A stretch of DNA of 64,000 nucleotides. Origin: Eledone cirrhosa. Its lineage: Eukaryota. Positions 1-13,045 of the stretch are shown here, one piece after another; position 1 is the first letter of the stretch; every line of letters begins with the position of its first letter. The DNA is taken from contig OZ024743.1 of assembly GCA_964016885.1 (NCBI GenBank), positions 123,752,001 to 123,816,000 on the forward strand, written 5' to 3'. A model generated the notes under the pieces. That model had not been told where the DNA came from. It was given only the letters and a program-made list of their open reading frames with translations, and did not search any database. The translations under genes and the position numbers were made by a program.

Positions 1-3000
1 ATGCGTGTGCAACGGTTTCCTCGTCGCACACGCATCTGGGACAGATCTTTTTCGAGGGGTCCCTACCCGGGCACCCGTGTCTGTAGAGCCTTTCTCGAAC
101 GGGCAGAGCCCTTCTGTAGCACTGCCAGGCCAGGGAACTCTGGAAGTTATCCATGGGTCCCGGGCTGAATGTCCTACCGAACAGGTTGGCCAGTTCGTCT
201 TCCTCCATGCCTATGGCTTCTCTGAGGGCGTCGTCGCACCTGCTAACCACCAGCCCTCTATAGAATGACGAGGTGGATTCTCCACTGACAGTCGGGTCCG
301 CCTGCCAGAGGGCCGTGAGCGCCTGGGCACACTCGGTGTGCCAGGCGCCCAGTTTTCTCGGTCTTTGCTTGACCCAGGATTGCAGCTTGGTGAGTGAGAC
401 GAGTCTGGGAAAGGCTCGCCTCACAAACGGGGCCCACACCGGTTGACCGGAGAGGAATACCTGGAGGTGCCGTAGCCTTAATGCGTGTTTACGTATCATT
501 AGCCACGGCATTGCCAGCCCTCCTTTCGAAGGGTGTTGACAGCAGATGGATCTCCTCACCATAGGAGCCCGCTTCTTCCAAAGGAATTGGAAGAGTGCGC
601 GCTCCATTTTGGCGAGCGTTTCCCTTGGGTAAGGCACAACGGTCAGGCGGTACTAGATGACGGACGCTATATAAGTGTTTGCCACCTCCGCCCGACCTTT
701 CAGAGACAGTTTGCACTCGGCCCACTTCTGGGTCAGTGCAAACACCCTGTTCGTTACCTCACCCCAGTTCTTCTCCACCTGGAGGTCTGGTCCGAACCAG
801 ACCCCGAGCAACTTCACCAGGCCCTCCGTCCAGCGCCCGACGACGCCATCGGAGGGCATCGATGTTCCCCTCCACGTGCCGAGTTGCAGATCGATCAACT
901 TGTCCCGGTTCAGCTTAGCCCCTGTAAACCTTTCGTACTCCTCAAGTAAGGTGCCGATCGCCCCGATTTCCGAGGCCGTAGACACCATTACTGTTACGTC
1001 GTCGGCGTAGGCCGACACCGCTTTCCGCAATCCCGACTCCAACTTCCGCAGCAGTGGCTCTAGAGTCATTACATATAGAAGGGAGGAGAGAGGGCACCCC
1101 TGTCGGATGGACCGCGCGATTTCGAACGGCTCCGAGAAGTAGCCGTTCACCTTGACCCTAGAGCAGATGCGGCTGCTGTGCATGGCATTGATCCAGCCCC
1201 TGAAAACGGGTCCGAAGCCTTCCGCCGCTAGCACCGCATCCAGGTAACCATGGTCGACCCTATCGAATGTCTTAGATTGATCCAAGTTGATCAGGGCCCC
1301 ACCAAAGCCGGGTTCGTTCCCAACCCTCTCTATGATGTATCGCATGAGGTGGAGGTTGTCGTGGATGGACCTGGACGGGATAGCACATGTCTGCGCATCT
1401 CCCACCAGGTTGCCCACGACAAGCGCCAACCTCTTTGCTAGCACCTTGGCCAAAATCTGTAACTCTGTATTTAGCAGAGTTATAGGCCTGAAATTATTTA
1501 TATCGTCCCCCTTGTTCTCGTCCTTCCTCACTAGCGTGTCTACGCCCTTGGTCACAGCACAGGGAATTCTCCCGTTCTGTTGCCAGTTGCAGTAGACCGC
1601 CTCGAGGAGATCGGGGAACAAGTCCGGCATAGCTAGATATAGTTCGTATGGAAGACCATCGAGACCCGGGGATTTGCGTTTTCCGCATTGGCTCAGAACG
1701 TCCTCTATCTCAGCGGCTGAAATCGGCTCCTCGCAGGACTTCGCCTCCCTGTCCGAGAGACGCGGCAGGCATTCGAGGTATGGACCGAAGTCCACATCCC
1801 CAACCGGCTCCCCGCCCCTTCCGAACAATCCGGCAAAGTCCTTTTGAAAAGCCTCGCACATCTGCTTAGGTTCAAGGATCACCCGTCCATCCTAGTCTCG
1901 CAAAGACCGGATAGTGGATCTGCTCCCTCTTTTGGCTTCTGTCACGCGGGCCCAGCTAACAGCTTTGGTCCCCTCGTTTCCCAGAGCACGTATTTTGCTT
2001 CGGACGATGCAGCCTTCGTGTTTCGCGTCGAAGAACTGGCCCAGGGCCGTTCTCGACGCTAGCACTCTGGCCACGTCGCCGCTTCTAATTGCCTCTTCTA
2101 CACTATCTACCAACTCCCTTTCCTTCCTATTTCTATTTGAGGCTAACTCCTTACTAAATTCTATAGAGACTACTCTAATCTCTCTTTTGAGAGATCCCCA
2201 CCACCTGCTGTTGACGATGGCGCCCGTCAACCGCTCCTTAACTAAAGTGCTAATCCGGTCCCTGTAAGCCTTACTTGCCGGTAAGGACAAGTTGAGCTTC
2301 CAGTAACCGGGTCTCTGTCTATGAGTTCTGTCAAGGTTGACCATGCAGGTCACTAACTTGTGGTCTGAATAGCCAACCATGCGCATTTTTTGACAACTTA
2401 AAAAGTCCTTATCCTTAATTCTAACTAAGAACCTATCTAGGTACGACCTAGATGATCCGCTACGATTTGCCCAAGTCCAGGTTGGCGCAGTCGGAAAATC
2501 TAGTCGATATCTGTCGGCCAGATCAAATCGACCGATTAACCTTTTGAGGCTATTACACCCCTCTCTATCGGGACAGGCCCCTACGTAGTCCCAGCGTGCA
2601 TCTAGGATACCATTCCAGTCCCCCACTAATAGCAAGGAGCGGGACGTCCCTAGAAAAGTCTCCAGACGATGGAAGAAGTCCGGCCGCATTGACCCGAAAG
2701 GGCCGTATGCGGCTACCAACCTAAACGCTCCGCCTTCACTACTGCCAAGGTCCAGAACCACTAGTCGACCCTCCGGGTCCAAATGTACCATCTGTGTTGC
2801 GAGACCTAGATGTTTTTGCAGCAGAACGACAACCCCACCCCCACCTCCGGGCTGACAGAGAGATGCGTGCATCTCAAAGTCATCAAAGGTGGGGGCCAGC
2901 TGTCGCACGTTGCTGATCCGGGCCTCGCAAATAACCATCACATCTATACGTTGTGACCTGAGGTCATTTAGAAGCATTGCTTGCTTCCAAGTTGAGCCCA

Positions 3001-3040
3001 GGCCACGCGTATTTAAACAGCCTAGTCTTAGCATAGCCAT
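1..3040 (-). pseudogene. Tx1 ORF2 (APE endonuclease plus reverse transcriptase) with nonsense mutations
   Basis: LNTRGL, GDWN, LDRFL, SDH (APE); KSPGLDG, QGCPLS, YADD (RT); in-frame TAG at 1892-1894 and 653-655 where the paralog has E and Y; 8-aa deletion before YADD relative to copy 3. Confidence 0.9.
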
Positions 3041-3064
3041 GTTGGTGGTGAAGAGAAAAGGCAC

Positions 3065-4858
3065 TTACCTCTCTGCGTCCCGGGTATCGGGCTGAACAAT
3101 TTCCATTAGGGTGGGGGATGGGTTGTTGGGTGGGGTGGTGGTTTGTGGAAGTGTAGGGGTATCAGTGTGTTGTGTGGTTGGGGTGTTTGGAGTTGTGTGG
3201 CTGTTTGGGGAGGGGGTGGGGTAGTTTTTTAGAAGGACGCGGTTAATGGGCCCGACGCAGGGGGGACCCACGTCCTCTTTAAAGTTGTTTTTTAAAGTTT
3301 TATAAGTGTCCTGTGGGGCCTTAATCATTTTGAGGTGGGGGAAATCTCCTGCCTGGGTGAAGTTAGGCCCTTGGGTTTTTATTGTATTGTTGTTGTACAC
3401 AATGTTTAACAGTTTTTTGTTTCTTGTGTTTATGTATGTGTATGCATGTTTTTGTTTTTGTGTGGTGTTTTTTCTTTGCTGTTGTTGTGAGCTCTTTTGT
3501 GTTGGTGTCAGTGTTATATTTTGGGGAGGGGTTGTTTTCATTTGTGTGTCTGAGGTGTGTTTTCTTTTTTTTCTTTTGATTGTGTGGAAGTGCTCCTCCT
3601 CGTCTGACGACGAACTAGGGTCATCTTCCGTGTTGGAGGGGAGGGGTATATTTTCGGGTTGTGTTTGCGGTGCGGGTGTTTTGGAAATTGTTTTTTTTTT
3701 AGTGGGGAGGATGGGTTGGACATTGTTTTGTTTTGGTTTGAGCTGTGGTTGTTGTTTTTGTAGTGGTAGTTGTGGTAATTGTGTTGGTTGTGCAGTTGTT
3801 GGTGGTGTAGGCAGGATTGGGGTTTTCTTATTAAGTTGGGGACAGACAGCCCTCAGGTGACCTCTGGTTCCGCAGAGGTAACACGAGGGCCGCCTACCCT
3901 CAACGGTAATGTTGATGAAAGTTTGATCATCCAGTATGACGCGTTCAGGGATCTGGGCGATCCTTTCGGGCCTCATTTGAACTACAAGTTCGAGGCTCGT
4001 TCCACTGAACGCGTCACCCGATGCCTTTCCCATGGACACCAGCGTGTCATCATCCAGGTTCAGGAAACCTGTCAAAACCCACCATATGTCCATAATCGGC
4101 AGGATGGTGTGGATTTTTATTTTTTGTGTTCTTCTACCCATGTACGTAGGGGAGAAGGTGTATGCGGTGGATGTGATTGGTTTGATGGACAGTTTCACTG
4201 CTGTGTCCCTGTCCTTCATGAGAATGGATAGACTCCCGTAGAGTCTATCTTTCTGAATGAAGGTGATGTCCTTCATGACGTCTTTTAAAACCAGCGCTAT
4301 CTCACTCTGTGATGGTTGAGCTGGTTTTTTGCTTTTATTCGAGATTGTCCTAAACATGACAGTGCTTAGGAATCTCTGGCTTTTTAGTTCCGGGGGGGAA
4401 TGGATCTTGAATGAACCATTTTCCCCGTACACTATATATTTTTTGGCATCTGCCAATAGCTCCTTCCCTTTGGTTATATCTACTGGCAGATAGTCGAGGG
4501 TTTTCCTTGCCGTCTGGGCGAAGGAGACCCTTTCCCTGCTTGTGTTGCTGTTGTAGTTGGTGGTGTTGTTGCTATCATTGTTGTTGTTATCACAGTTATT
4601 GGTCTAGTTGTTGTTGTTATTGTTATTGGTGTTGTTTTCGTCCGTCGCATTGTTGTTGTTGTTGTTGTTGTTGCTGGTGCCGCTGGTTTTTTGGTTTGTT
4701 GCCATGGCAACGTCAAGTTGTCGGTCAGCAGATGGAGAAAATCCTTCCTCTGGCTGACCTTTGATTTTGACCTCTGCTACTGTGACAGTGGCAGGGGGAA
4801 GCTGTAAGTTTATCTTCCCCTTTCCTCCTTCGAATGTTGGTGAAGAAGCTTCAGCCAT
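3065..4858 (-). pseudogene. Tx1 ORF1 (gag-like, zinc knuckle) with one in-frame TAG at 4604-4606
   Basis: ORFs 4604..4858 and 3065..4456 are in the same frame and the gap is open (…ERVSFAQTARKTLDY…); contains CYLCGTRGHLRAVC (CX2CX4HX4C); Asn and Pro/Thr/Gln low-complexity tracts. Confidence 0.8.
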
Positions 4859-5073
4859 TTTAAAAAATGTTAACTTTTTAACAAGAAAAAAAACTTTTTT
4901 TGTTTAATTATTTCGCCTAAAGGCGTAGAATATTTTGAGAGACTGACCAGATCAAAGTTTGACCTGGCAGTTCCTCTACAAAATGGTACAAAAATTAGAG
5001 TTTACAGACAAGAATTTCTATAGAAATTTAAACAGAACTTACTCAGCAAGTTATACGCGTGTGTCCATCCCAG

Positions 5074-5074
<1 letters not shown>

Positions 5075-5168
<94 letters not shown>

Positions 5169-5214
5169 GAGGGGGGAGATATAGCCAAAGAGAAAGTGAG
5201 AGAGGGAGAGAGAG

Positions 5215-5289
<75 letters not shown>

Positions 5290-5368
5290 AATTCAACTTA
5301 ATATTCCATACTTGAGGAAAGCAGAGTGAGGATACGTATATATTCTGGAGATAGAAAGGGAAAAAAGA

Positions 5369-5448
<80 letters not shown>
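5075..5448. repeat. (GATA)n and (GA)n compound microsatellite
   Basis: Direct reading. Confidence 0.97.
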
Positions 5449-5451
<3 letters not shown>

Positions 5452-6835
5452 AGGAGGAGAAAGGAGAGAGATTATTAGAGGAAATCAAGGTGTAAAGTCA
5501 AGGTGTAAAGTAATGAGATTTCTATACAGAACATTCTGGAGTCACTATGTTCTGCTGTGTCGGCCAATTCTACTACTTTTATATTCACTCATATATTATT
5601 CTAACAGTCACAGATTTATTGGAGAGAAGGAAATGAGGTTATGTGTTTTTCTTCAACCCTGGAGAAATTCAAATCAAATGAAGTGCTGGTAATCAACACT
5701 CAATTTAATAGAAGTTTATCCCTGTCATACACGTCGTTCGTATTTGGTATAAATTTCAATTACCAAAGTAATTGAAATACTGAAAAATATGTTGTTTTAT
5801 GTGATACTAGAAAATTGGTATTATATCCTCTTTACTCGGATTAAATTTAGATTTACTGTAACTGTGATACAATTCAAGCATAAGACCTTTTTATACACAA
5901 ACTTTAGAAGAGGGAGTGGGGTGCTTTTCAAATAGTCGCGGGGATCCAGATTCGATTTAAAAGCTAATACATCTTATTTACAAATTTATTTTCTCTTGCA
6001 CACATGAATTCACCACATATTATTTTGGTTTACATTACAATCTTTCTTTTATAGTAAAATCAACATTCTAGAAATGTTGCTTTCTTTTCTTTCCGAAATT
6101 ATCTACTTTATATTCTCACTCAAGAAAATCTTTATTCACACCTCATAAATTAATGTTTATACATCTAAGGAAATATTTTCTTTCAGCGTGGAAACTATTT
6201 GCTTTCGTACAAACACAAGCTGCTAATATTATAGAAGCAATACTGCCTGTTGTGCTGTTCCGATTCCTCTAGTGCTATATAGATTACTAATCTTACTATA
6301 CTAATTCCCCTTTCCCACCTCCTGTTTACTCGTGACTAATAGATTTCGTCGTGCACATAAACTACTAAAGATCTGGATCTTAACCATTAACTATTTTCCA
6401 TGAAATTACCAATTAAAATTGCGATGGTAAAGGTTTTATATTATGACCGAGGTTTCAACTATAAGCCTTAACAGAAGAGTTTAAGATTTTCTTCGCAACG
6501 GGCTGTTTGATGTTAAAATGAGATTATTATCTAGGTCTTTCTTCTACATAAACATCTGCTGACTCAAAGCATTCTAGGAAAATGCACGACTAAAGTATTT
6601 CTGTGAAGGAAAAATAATCAATGAATGAAAATTAATTTGAACTACGAGTCACATAAATGTACACGATACAAGTGTATTTGGCATTCACCTTATGGATGGA
6701 AATACGTAAATATGCATATGTTTGTGCCTGTGTGTCTGTGTATATATAATGTGTATATATATATATATATATATGTGGGCGGGGGCGTGCATATGTATAT
6801 ATGTATGTATATGTAAGTATGTATATGTATGTACG

Positions 6836-7572
6836 TATGTATTATCTCTTTCTCTTAATTTCGAGTATATTTTTGACCGGCCACCTTCCTGGTGGCAAGG
6901 TTGTAAAAGAAAAGAAATTGTCATCCCTTGAATCGCAAGAATGTTTTGCAAATGTTGAAGGTGCCAGCTATCGCAGCCATTTGTAGTCTATGAATTAGGG
7001 AGCTGCGCTCTTTGTCCGCAAATCCAAGTTCAGTTATACATTGGTCCAACCGGGTTGGTATATAACCCGTAGCTCATATAATGATGGGTAAGAAGCTAAA
7101 GGTGTATCTTGGATACTGGATTTGTAAACTCCTCATCAATGGTCCGTAGATGTCCTCCTTCTCCTGTATTTTTCTGACAACGTTTACATCAAGTGGGCAG
7201 CTGATCTCCACAACAGAACACATTTTCAATGTGTGGTCCCAAACAACAATATCAGGCCGGTTGTGCTTTAATTTGGTGGCTGTTTTTATTTTCAGGTTCC
7301 ACCAGTATTCCTTAGTGCCATCTGTCTGAATATATTCTTCCTCGTTTGTTTTCAATTTGTTTTCCGAGATGACATTTCCGAGATGACATTCTTTCGCAGC
7401 TGGCAACAATGTGGCTTACATCTTCGATCTTTGTTTTACATAGCCTGCATTTATTGTCAGTTGATGGCCCTCCTCTTTTGTGCAGCAGATATTTGGTAGG
7501 GAGTTCTTGTTCCTGTATTGCATAGAGATATCCCTCAAGGTGTCATGTCATAAACTTGTCGGAACTCCATGT
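6836..7572 (-). mobile_element. 3' fragment of a restriction-like-endonuclease (REL) non-LTR retrotransposon (R4/Dong-like), tail ending in (CATA)n
   Basis: HNRPDIVVWD…VVEISCP…KEDIY…PII, continuing GATGYIPTRL…GTFNICKTFL; 3' UTR recurs at 52632-52700. Confidence 0.82.
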
Positions 7573-7574
7573 TA

Positions 7575-8625
7575 TTAGATGCAGAATTTTGGGAATGTTT
7601 TACATATTTTTACTGTTCCATTAATGGATTGTTCTTGTAATTTCCTAACTTGTCGTGTTCTTTCTGTTTCTGTGAAGCCCAGCTTCTCAAGATTTGTACT
7701 GAGGCAGTCACTAACATATCCCAGTGCCCCAGTAATCACAGGTATAAATCTGAAGGTATAGTGAGGGTGGAGTACCTGCAGATTTCTCATTAGTTCTGCA
7801 TAAATATTATCCTTTTCGCTAATCTTTAATATTAAATTGGCATCTGCTGGGTAGCTAACTTCCATTACTGTGCAGGCTTTCTTTTCCCTGTCCCATATCA
7901 TTATATCTGGTCTATTATATTTGCATTTTATCGGGGTTTTTACTGGAACATTCCATCAGTATTCTTTCATATTATGTATATGTATGTCTTCCATATTACT
8001 GTAACTTTTAATGTGTTTATTGACGGGGCTATCTTTTCTACGGATTGCATTGTACAGTGTTTTGGCCACTACATCATGCCTCATAGGTAGATAGTAACGT
8101 GATGACATCTTTGGACAACTGCTTATGACATAGGTGACATCTTCGATGTTCATTCAGCAGAGTCTGCATTCGTTGTCACATCTAGGTGTTTTGCCTGCAT
8201 CCCTTGCTCTTTTGTGAATCAGGTATTGTGTGTTGATTTCCTGTTCTTGGATTACAAACGCATATCCTTCAAAGTGGGAGCCAATATAGCGGTTGTTGGT
8301 CCAAGATAGAACTACTTTGCTTATCTATATTACTCTCCCTGTGGAGCTTCCTAGCAACATATCCATGCATGACCTTTTGTTGTTAAGCATGCAGTTTTTC
8401 ATCCATGGATTCGCTGTGGTATTGATGGGCTATTTCCCTGGGTGTGCGATTTTGATTATCATGCACTGAGTATCTTTCAAGGAGTTCCTTCCCAACTCTC
8501 ATGATCTTATCTGTCTCATGCAGATAGACTTGCTCAGTAGATGGGGCTCCTATGTAAATGCTGTCGAGGGTATATGATGCGACATTCAAATGCTGTCTGG
8601 ACTGATGTTAGCCCTCTGCCTCCCT
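7575..8625 (-). mobile_element. Second, related REL non-LTR fragment (degenerate)
   Basis: ISSCPKMSSRYYLPMRHDVVAK; WDREKK…MEVSYP…IPVITGALG…GTVKICKTF; stops and frameshifts. Confidence 0.8.
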
Positions 8626-8986
8626 GCTTACATGCATTCATGTTTGTATATACGTATGTATGTATCTATCTATACATTTATGCATGCATGTATGTATGTG
8701 TATGTTCTCTATCTCTTAATTTTGATTTATATTTGACATGTATGTATGTATTTTTGTTTGCATGTATGTAAGTATGTGTGTATGTATGTTTGTTTGCATG
8801 TACGAGTATGTATGTATATGTGTATGTATGTATGTATGTATATATGTATGTATAGTTTTTCTTTACAGAATTGAAGCTGTCACTAACAAAGTGACAAGAC
8901 ATTTTTGATGTAATTCAAGACAGTTCTAGAGGTTTGTAAATATGTGAGTTAGTGTGTACACTTGCACTCATCTTATGGGTGGACAT

Positions 8987-9051
<65 letters not shown>

Positions 9052-9236
9052 GATATTATTTGAAGGAAACTCAAATGACAAATCTTGAGATGTCATGCAA
9101 CAATGTGCCTGTAAAAGGCTGGCAACCGAATAAATGAGCTTAGTGATTCTCAAACCAAACACAGTCGAAGTATGAGTATAATAGCAAGTACAACAACAAT
9201 ATTGGTTTCGATAAAGGTCGCAAAACTGATAAATAA

Positions 9237-9420
9237 TTGTTTCTACTTTAGGCACAAGGCCAGCAATTCACCAGTACATTACTGGTACTTTATTTTATCG
9301 ACCCCGTAAGGATGAAAGGCAAAGTTAATCTCGGCGGGATTTGAACTCAGAATGTAAAGGGACGTAACTATGCTAGAAAGCATGGCGTCCAACCCTCTAC
9401 CGATACTGTCAATTCACCGC
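9237..9420 (-). mobile_element. tRNA-derived Meta-type SINE, full length
   Basis: A-box-like head, B-box GAGTTCAAATCC, core GCCTTTCATCCTTACGGGGTCGATAAAATAAAGTACCAG; TSD AAAACTGATAAATAAT at 9221 and 9421. Confidence 0.85.
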
Positions 9421-9436
9421 AAAACTGATAAATAAT

Positions 9437-9504
9437 TGTTTCTACTTTAGGCACAAGGCCAGCAATTACCCAGTGCATTACTGGTACTTTATTTTATCGA
9501 CCCC
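9437..9504 (-). mobile_element. 5'-truncated copy of the same SINE
   Basis: Near-identical 3' part; flanked by CTGATAAATAAT on both sides. Confidence 0.8.
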
Positions 9505-9817
9505 TGATAAATAATAGTAGATGACATACGATAGAAAATCTCAGGTAAATTCGGCGCTACTGAGGTGGAAGAGAGACTCATGGAGTGGAAGGAACCGTTT
9601 GCTAAGAACTCTTTCAAAAACGTTGAGATTTTGGAAATGAGAAGGATACACTGGCAGATTTCAGAATCAGAGACACTGCTCTTTGTTTGAATGGAACAAA
9701 CTGACTTTATTTTGCAATATTTTTGATATTCACATGTAGAAAAAGTGGAATTGAGATGGTCAGTCTTTCCTGCCCACTCTTTCTCCCTTTCTCCCTTTCT
9801 CTCTCTTTCTCTCTCTC

Positions 9818-9956
<139 letters not shown>

Positions 9957-10131
9957 TAGGGTACAGTTCGAGGCTGATGGAAGGACGCTAATAGAGTTAA
10001 GTTGTCAATACACATGTAATGTAATTTAGCAAACAATATATTCATGTATCTATTTAACTAACTATACATATCTAAATAAGTATATTAGAGCTGGCTCCAC
10101 ATTCATACACAAATACAGACATATATATATT

Positions 10132-10197
<66 letters not shown>

Positions 10198-11127
10198 TTG
10201 TATGTGTGTGTGTATGTATGTGTGTGTGTATGTATACGTAGCATATACACTCTATACAAGCTTCATATATATATATATATGGTATTCACTTTCTATAATA
10301 TAGTTTAGCTATCTACACACATATCAATAGAATATATGGACCATAATTTAGCGTGTTGTACTTGCATGCCTATACTATAGTTTAGATAGCAATACATATG
10401 TATCTGTAACTAATATACTTTAGTTATCTACATAGACATGTGAATACAGAACACAGTTCAACTAGTCACACACACACACAGACACACACACAGGCACACA
10501 CACACACACACACACACATACACACACACACATACACACGTACACACACACACACACGTACACACACATGCACACACAAACACACAAACATACACTCACA
10601 TACACACAGACAAACATACACTCACATTCATATATACGTATATATGTATGCATGTGTATGTATATGTATAGTATATACAACTTACTTTAGTTAGTTATAC
10701 GTTCATAATTATGCATGATAAACTTTAGTTGCAATCATCAGTATCTTGTATCAGCGCCATCTTCATGGCTCTATATCAAGAGGGTTACTGAAATAATCAA
10801 CAGATGCCACTTTGAGACAAGACATAGCTGAACATAGCGAGTAGACTGACAGTAAAATCTGATATCAGTATATGTCTATATTGATAACTTCCCATTTAAT
10901 TTAAAACCTTATTTATCAAATTAAAATTATATCTATCGCATTACAATCACTACTGCATTATGGTCGATCAATATTTTTTACATATTTTACCATTTCAGAA
11001 TTGATGTCTCGATAAAAAGAGCTGTGAATTTAAATTAAATAAAAATGTTGGATATATGACGGTTGAAGTGATCGAAACAAATAAAGCAATGAACTAGTTT
11101 TGAACAGATTATTGTTAGAACCGGCAA

Positions 11128-11340
11128 GTGATGAATTGGCCGAATCATTAAAGCGTATGACAAAATGCTTTCTGGCATTTAGTTCTGGGTTTTAACGTTT
11201 TGAGCTCAAATCCCGTCATGGTCAACGTTGCCTTTCAGCCTCCTGGGATCGAGAAAACAAAATGCCATTAAAGTACTGGGTCGATATAATCGACTTCAAC
11301 CTCCCCACAAATCGCTGGCCATATACCTAAATTATAAAAT
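11128..11340 (+). mobile_element. Degenerate Meta-type SINE
   Basis: GAGCTCAAATCCCG…GCCTTTCAGCCTCCTGGGATCGA. Confidence 0.7.
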
Positions 11341-11439
11341 ATTGTGAGAATATTTAGCAAATAATGTTTTGTGTTCCCTAAGCATAAGATTATTTTTCTA
11401 AAGGGTTTTGTGTGTTAAAGCCTTTATTATTAAATATAC

Positions 11440-11605
11440 TTGTTTCTACTTTAGGCACAAGGCCAGCAATATTGGGAGTATGGAAAACCCATTAAATTGA
11501 ACTCAGTGCGTTACTGGTGCTTTATTTTATCGACCCCGTAAGGATGAAAGGCAAAGCTAACCTCGGCGGGATTTGAACCCAGAACGTAAAGGGCCGTAAT
11601 TCTAT
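11440..11605 (-). mobile_element. Meta-type SINE, 5' truncated
   Basis: Same core and tail as 9237-9420. Confidence 0.8.
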
Positions 11606-11889
11606 GGTGCAAATAAATAATTTTTGAAAATCAAATATATAAATATATGTCGTTGGCTGAAACAGAACCAGCACTAAATACATTTTGTTTACTGAATTCA
11701 AATTTCATTCAGGGCGACTCCTATCAACTTGAAAAAATCGTTAGAGCACCGAAAGACTTTCGTATTTTTCCAGCTCTTTACAATCTGCATTTGAATCCCG
11801 CTGAGATCAACTTTGTCTTTTATCCTTCATGGGGTAATAATGTAAAGCACCAGTGTCAACTACTGGTTGATATAATCGACTATTCGGAG

Positions 11890-13045
11890 AGGTAGCGGCT
11901 CTGCCTAGAATGACTCTCTGATCTCCAAGCAACGCACTCTATCGAGTAACGTTACTCCAAAGACCCTTGGGAGGAATCCCATTGCTACACCAGCTCCTGC
12001 AATTATTGAACTTAATTCAGCTTATTTCATTCCATGACTCGTGAACACTACTCTGAGACACTTAAACATTCCCCCTGCTTCAGTGGAACTCCAATCACAT
12101 GTAGAGTACACAGCACACGCTTCCTTGAGAGGACAAGTCTCTCAGTTTTCGCAGCACTGATTTTCCTTCCAGCCATGCAGCACTAGGCACCAAACATATC
12201 AAATGCAAGTCGGTGATCATCTTCTGTCGAGTTAAGTAACACCATGTTGTATGAAAATTCCAGTCGGCTGATTTTACACCCGCCAGTTATAATATCACTT
12301 CCAACCCGGCTTCGCATGTCAATCCTGTTCATGAAAATAATAAACAGGAAAGGTGACAGTATCCACCCTTGACAGAGTCCGACTACCACATTGAATGGTT
12401 TTGAGTTAGCACCATTTATCCGAACACAAATACTCGGGCATTCCATATAGAGACATCGGGGCAACAGCAAGCTGACCGTTGATCCCATACTCCTGCATAA
12501 CCTTTTACAGCAGGTCCCGAGGAATGCGGTCATATGTCTTCTCACGGTCGACAAAACAATAATATACCTCTTGGCAATACTCCCACGATTACTCGAAAAC
12601 CTGCCGCAGTGTGAATATTTGGCCGACTGCGCTGCGCCCGGGACGAAAGCCACACTGTTCATCAGCTAGTCACCATTCCATGCTGCAAGAATTGATGATG
12701 GGCTTGTGATCTGTTCTAGGAGACGTGAGATAGACGTACAAAGATTGCGTATCCCGATACCTCAGAAAGGTGTACGAAAGGGAGCAAACCTTGGCAGCTG
12801 GAGCCTGGAACATCAGAACCCTTACATGTAAGGAGCAGGAACTAGTGGAGGGGACTAATTGCTACCGGCTAGATAAAGTCGAGATTTCTTCAACAAAGTT
12901 CCGTGGCTCTGATACTGTAAATTTGGATGGAGGATGGAAACTCCACTATTCATGTGTGGCGCCAGAAATTACTGCACAGGCGGGATATTGGGGCTACCCC
13001 CGTCTGTTAGAATGTGTTATGGACTGGATCCCATTATGAGGGAGG
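11890..13045. mobile_element. Degenerate RTE-clade LINE; RT part on minus (about 11890-12665), APE part on plus (about 12760-13045)
   Basis: GLCQGWILSPFLFIIFMNRI (RT); GAWNIRTL…LDGGWKLHYS (APE). Confidence 0.72.

Larger units (their letters stand above)
1..5073 (-). mobile_element. Tx1/L1-clade non-LTR retrotransposon, copy 1 (5' end present, 3' end runs off the window), inactivated
   Basis: 5' UTR (4859-5073), then ORF1 with CCHC knuckle, then ORF2 with APE and RT; the 5' end abuts (TATC)n; paralogous to 60811-64000. Confidence 0.92.

Noticed and set aside
5-4764. Plus-strand ORFs overlapping the Tx1 copies (likewise in 54291-56992 and 60933-63583)
   Set aside because: Antisense shadows of LINE coding sequence
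8869-8943. 75-nt segment with good splice acceptor and donor
   Set aside because: Stop codons in all three frames; no other support
9237-9420. tRNA-like A and B boxes (also 41248 and 46789)
   Set aside because: SINE heads with core, tail and TSD, not tRNA genes
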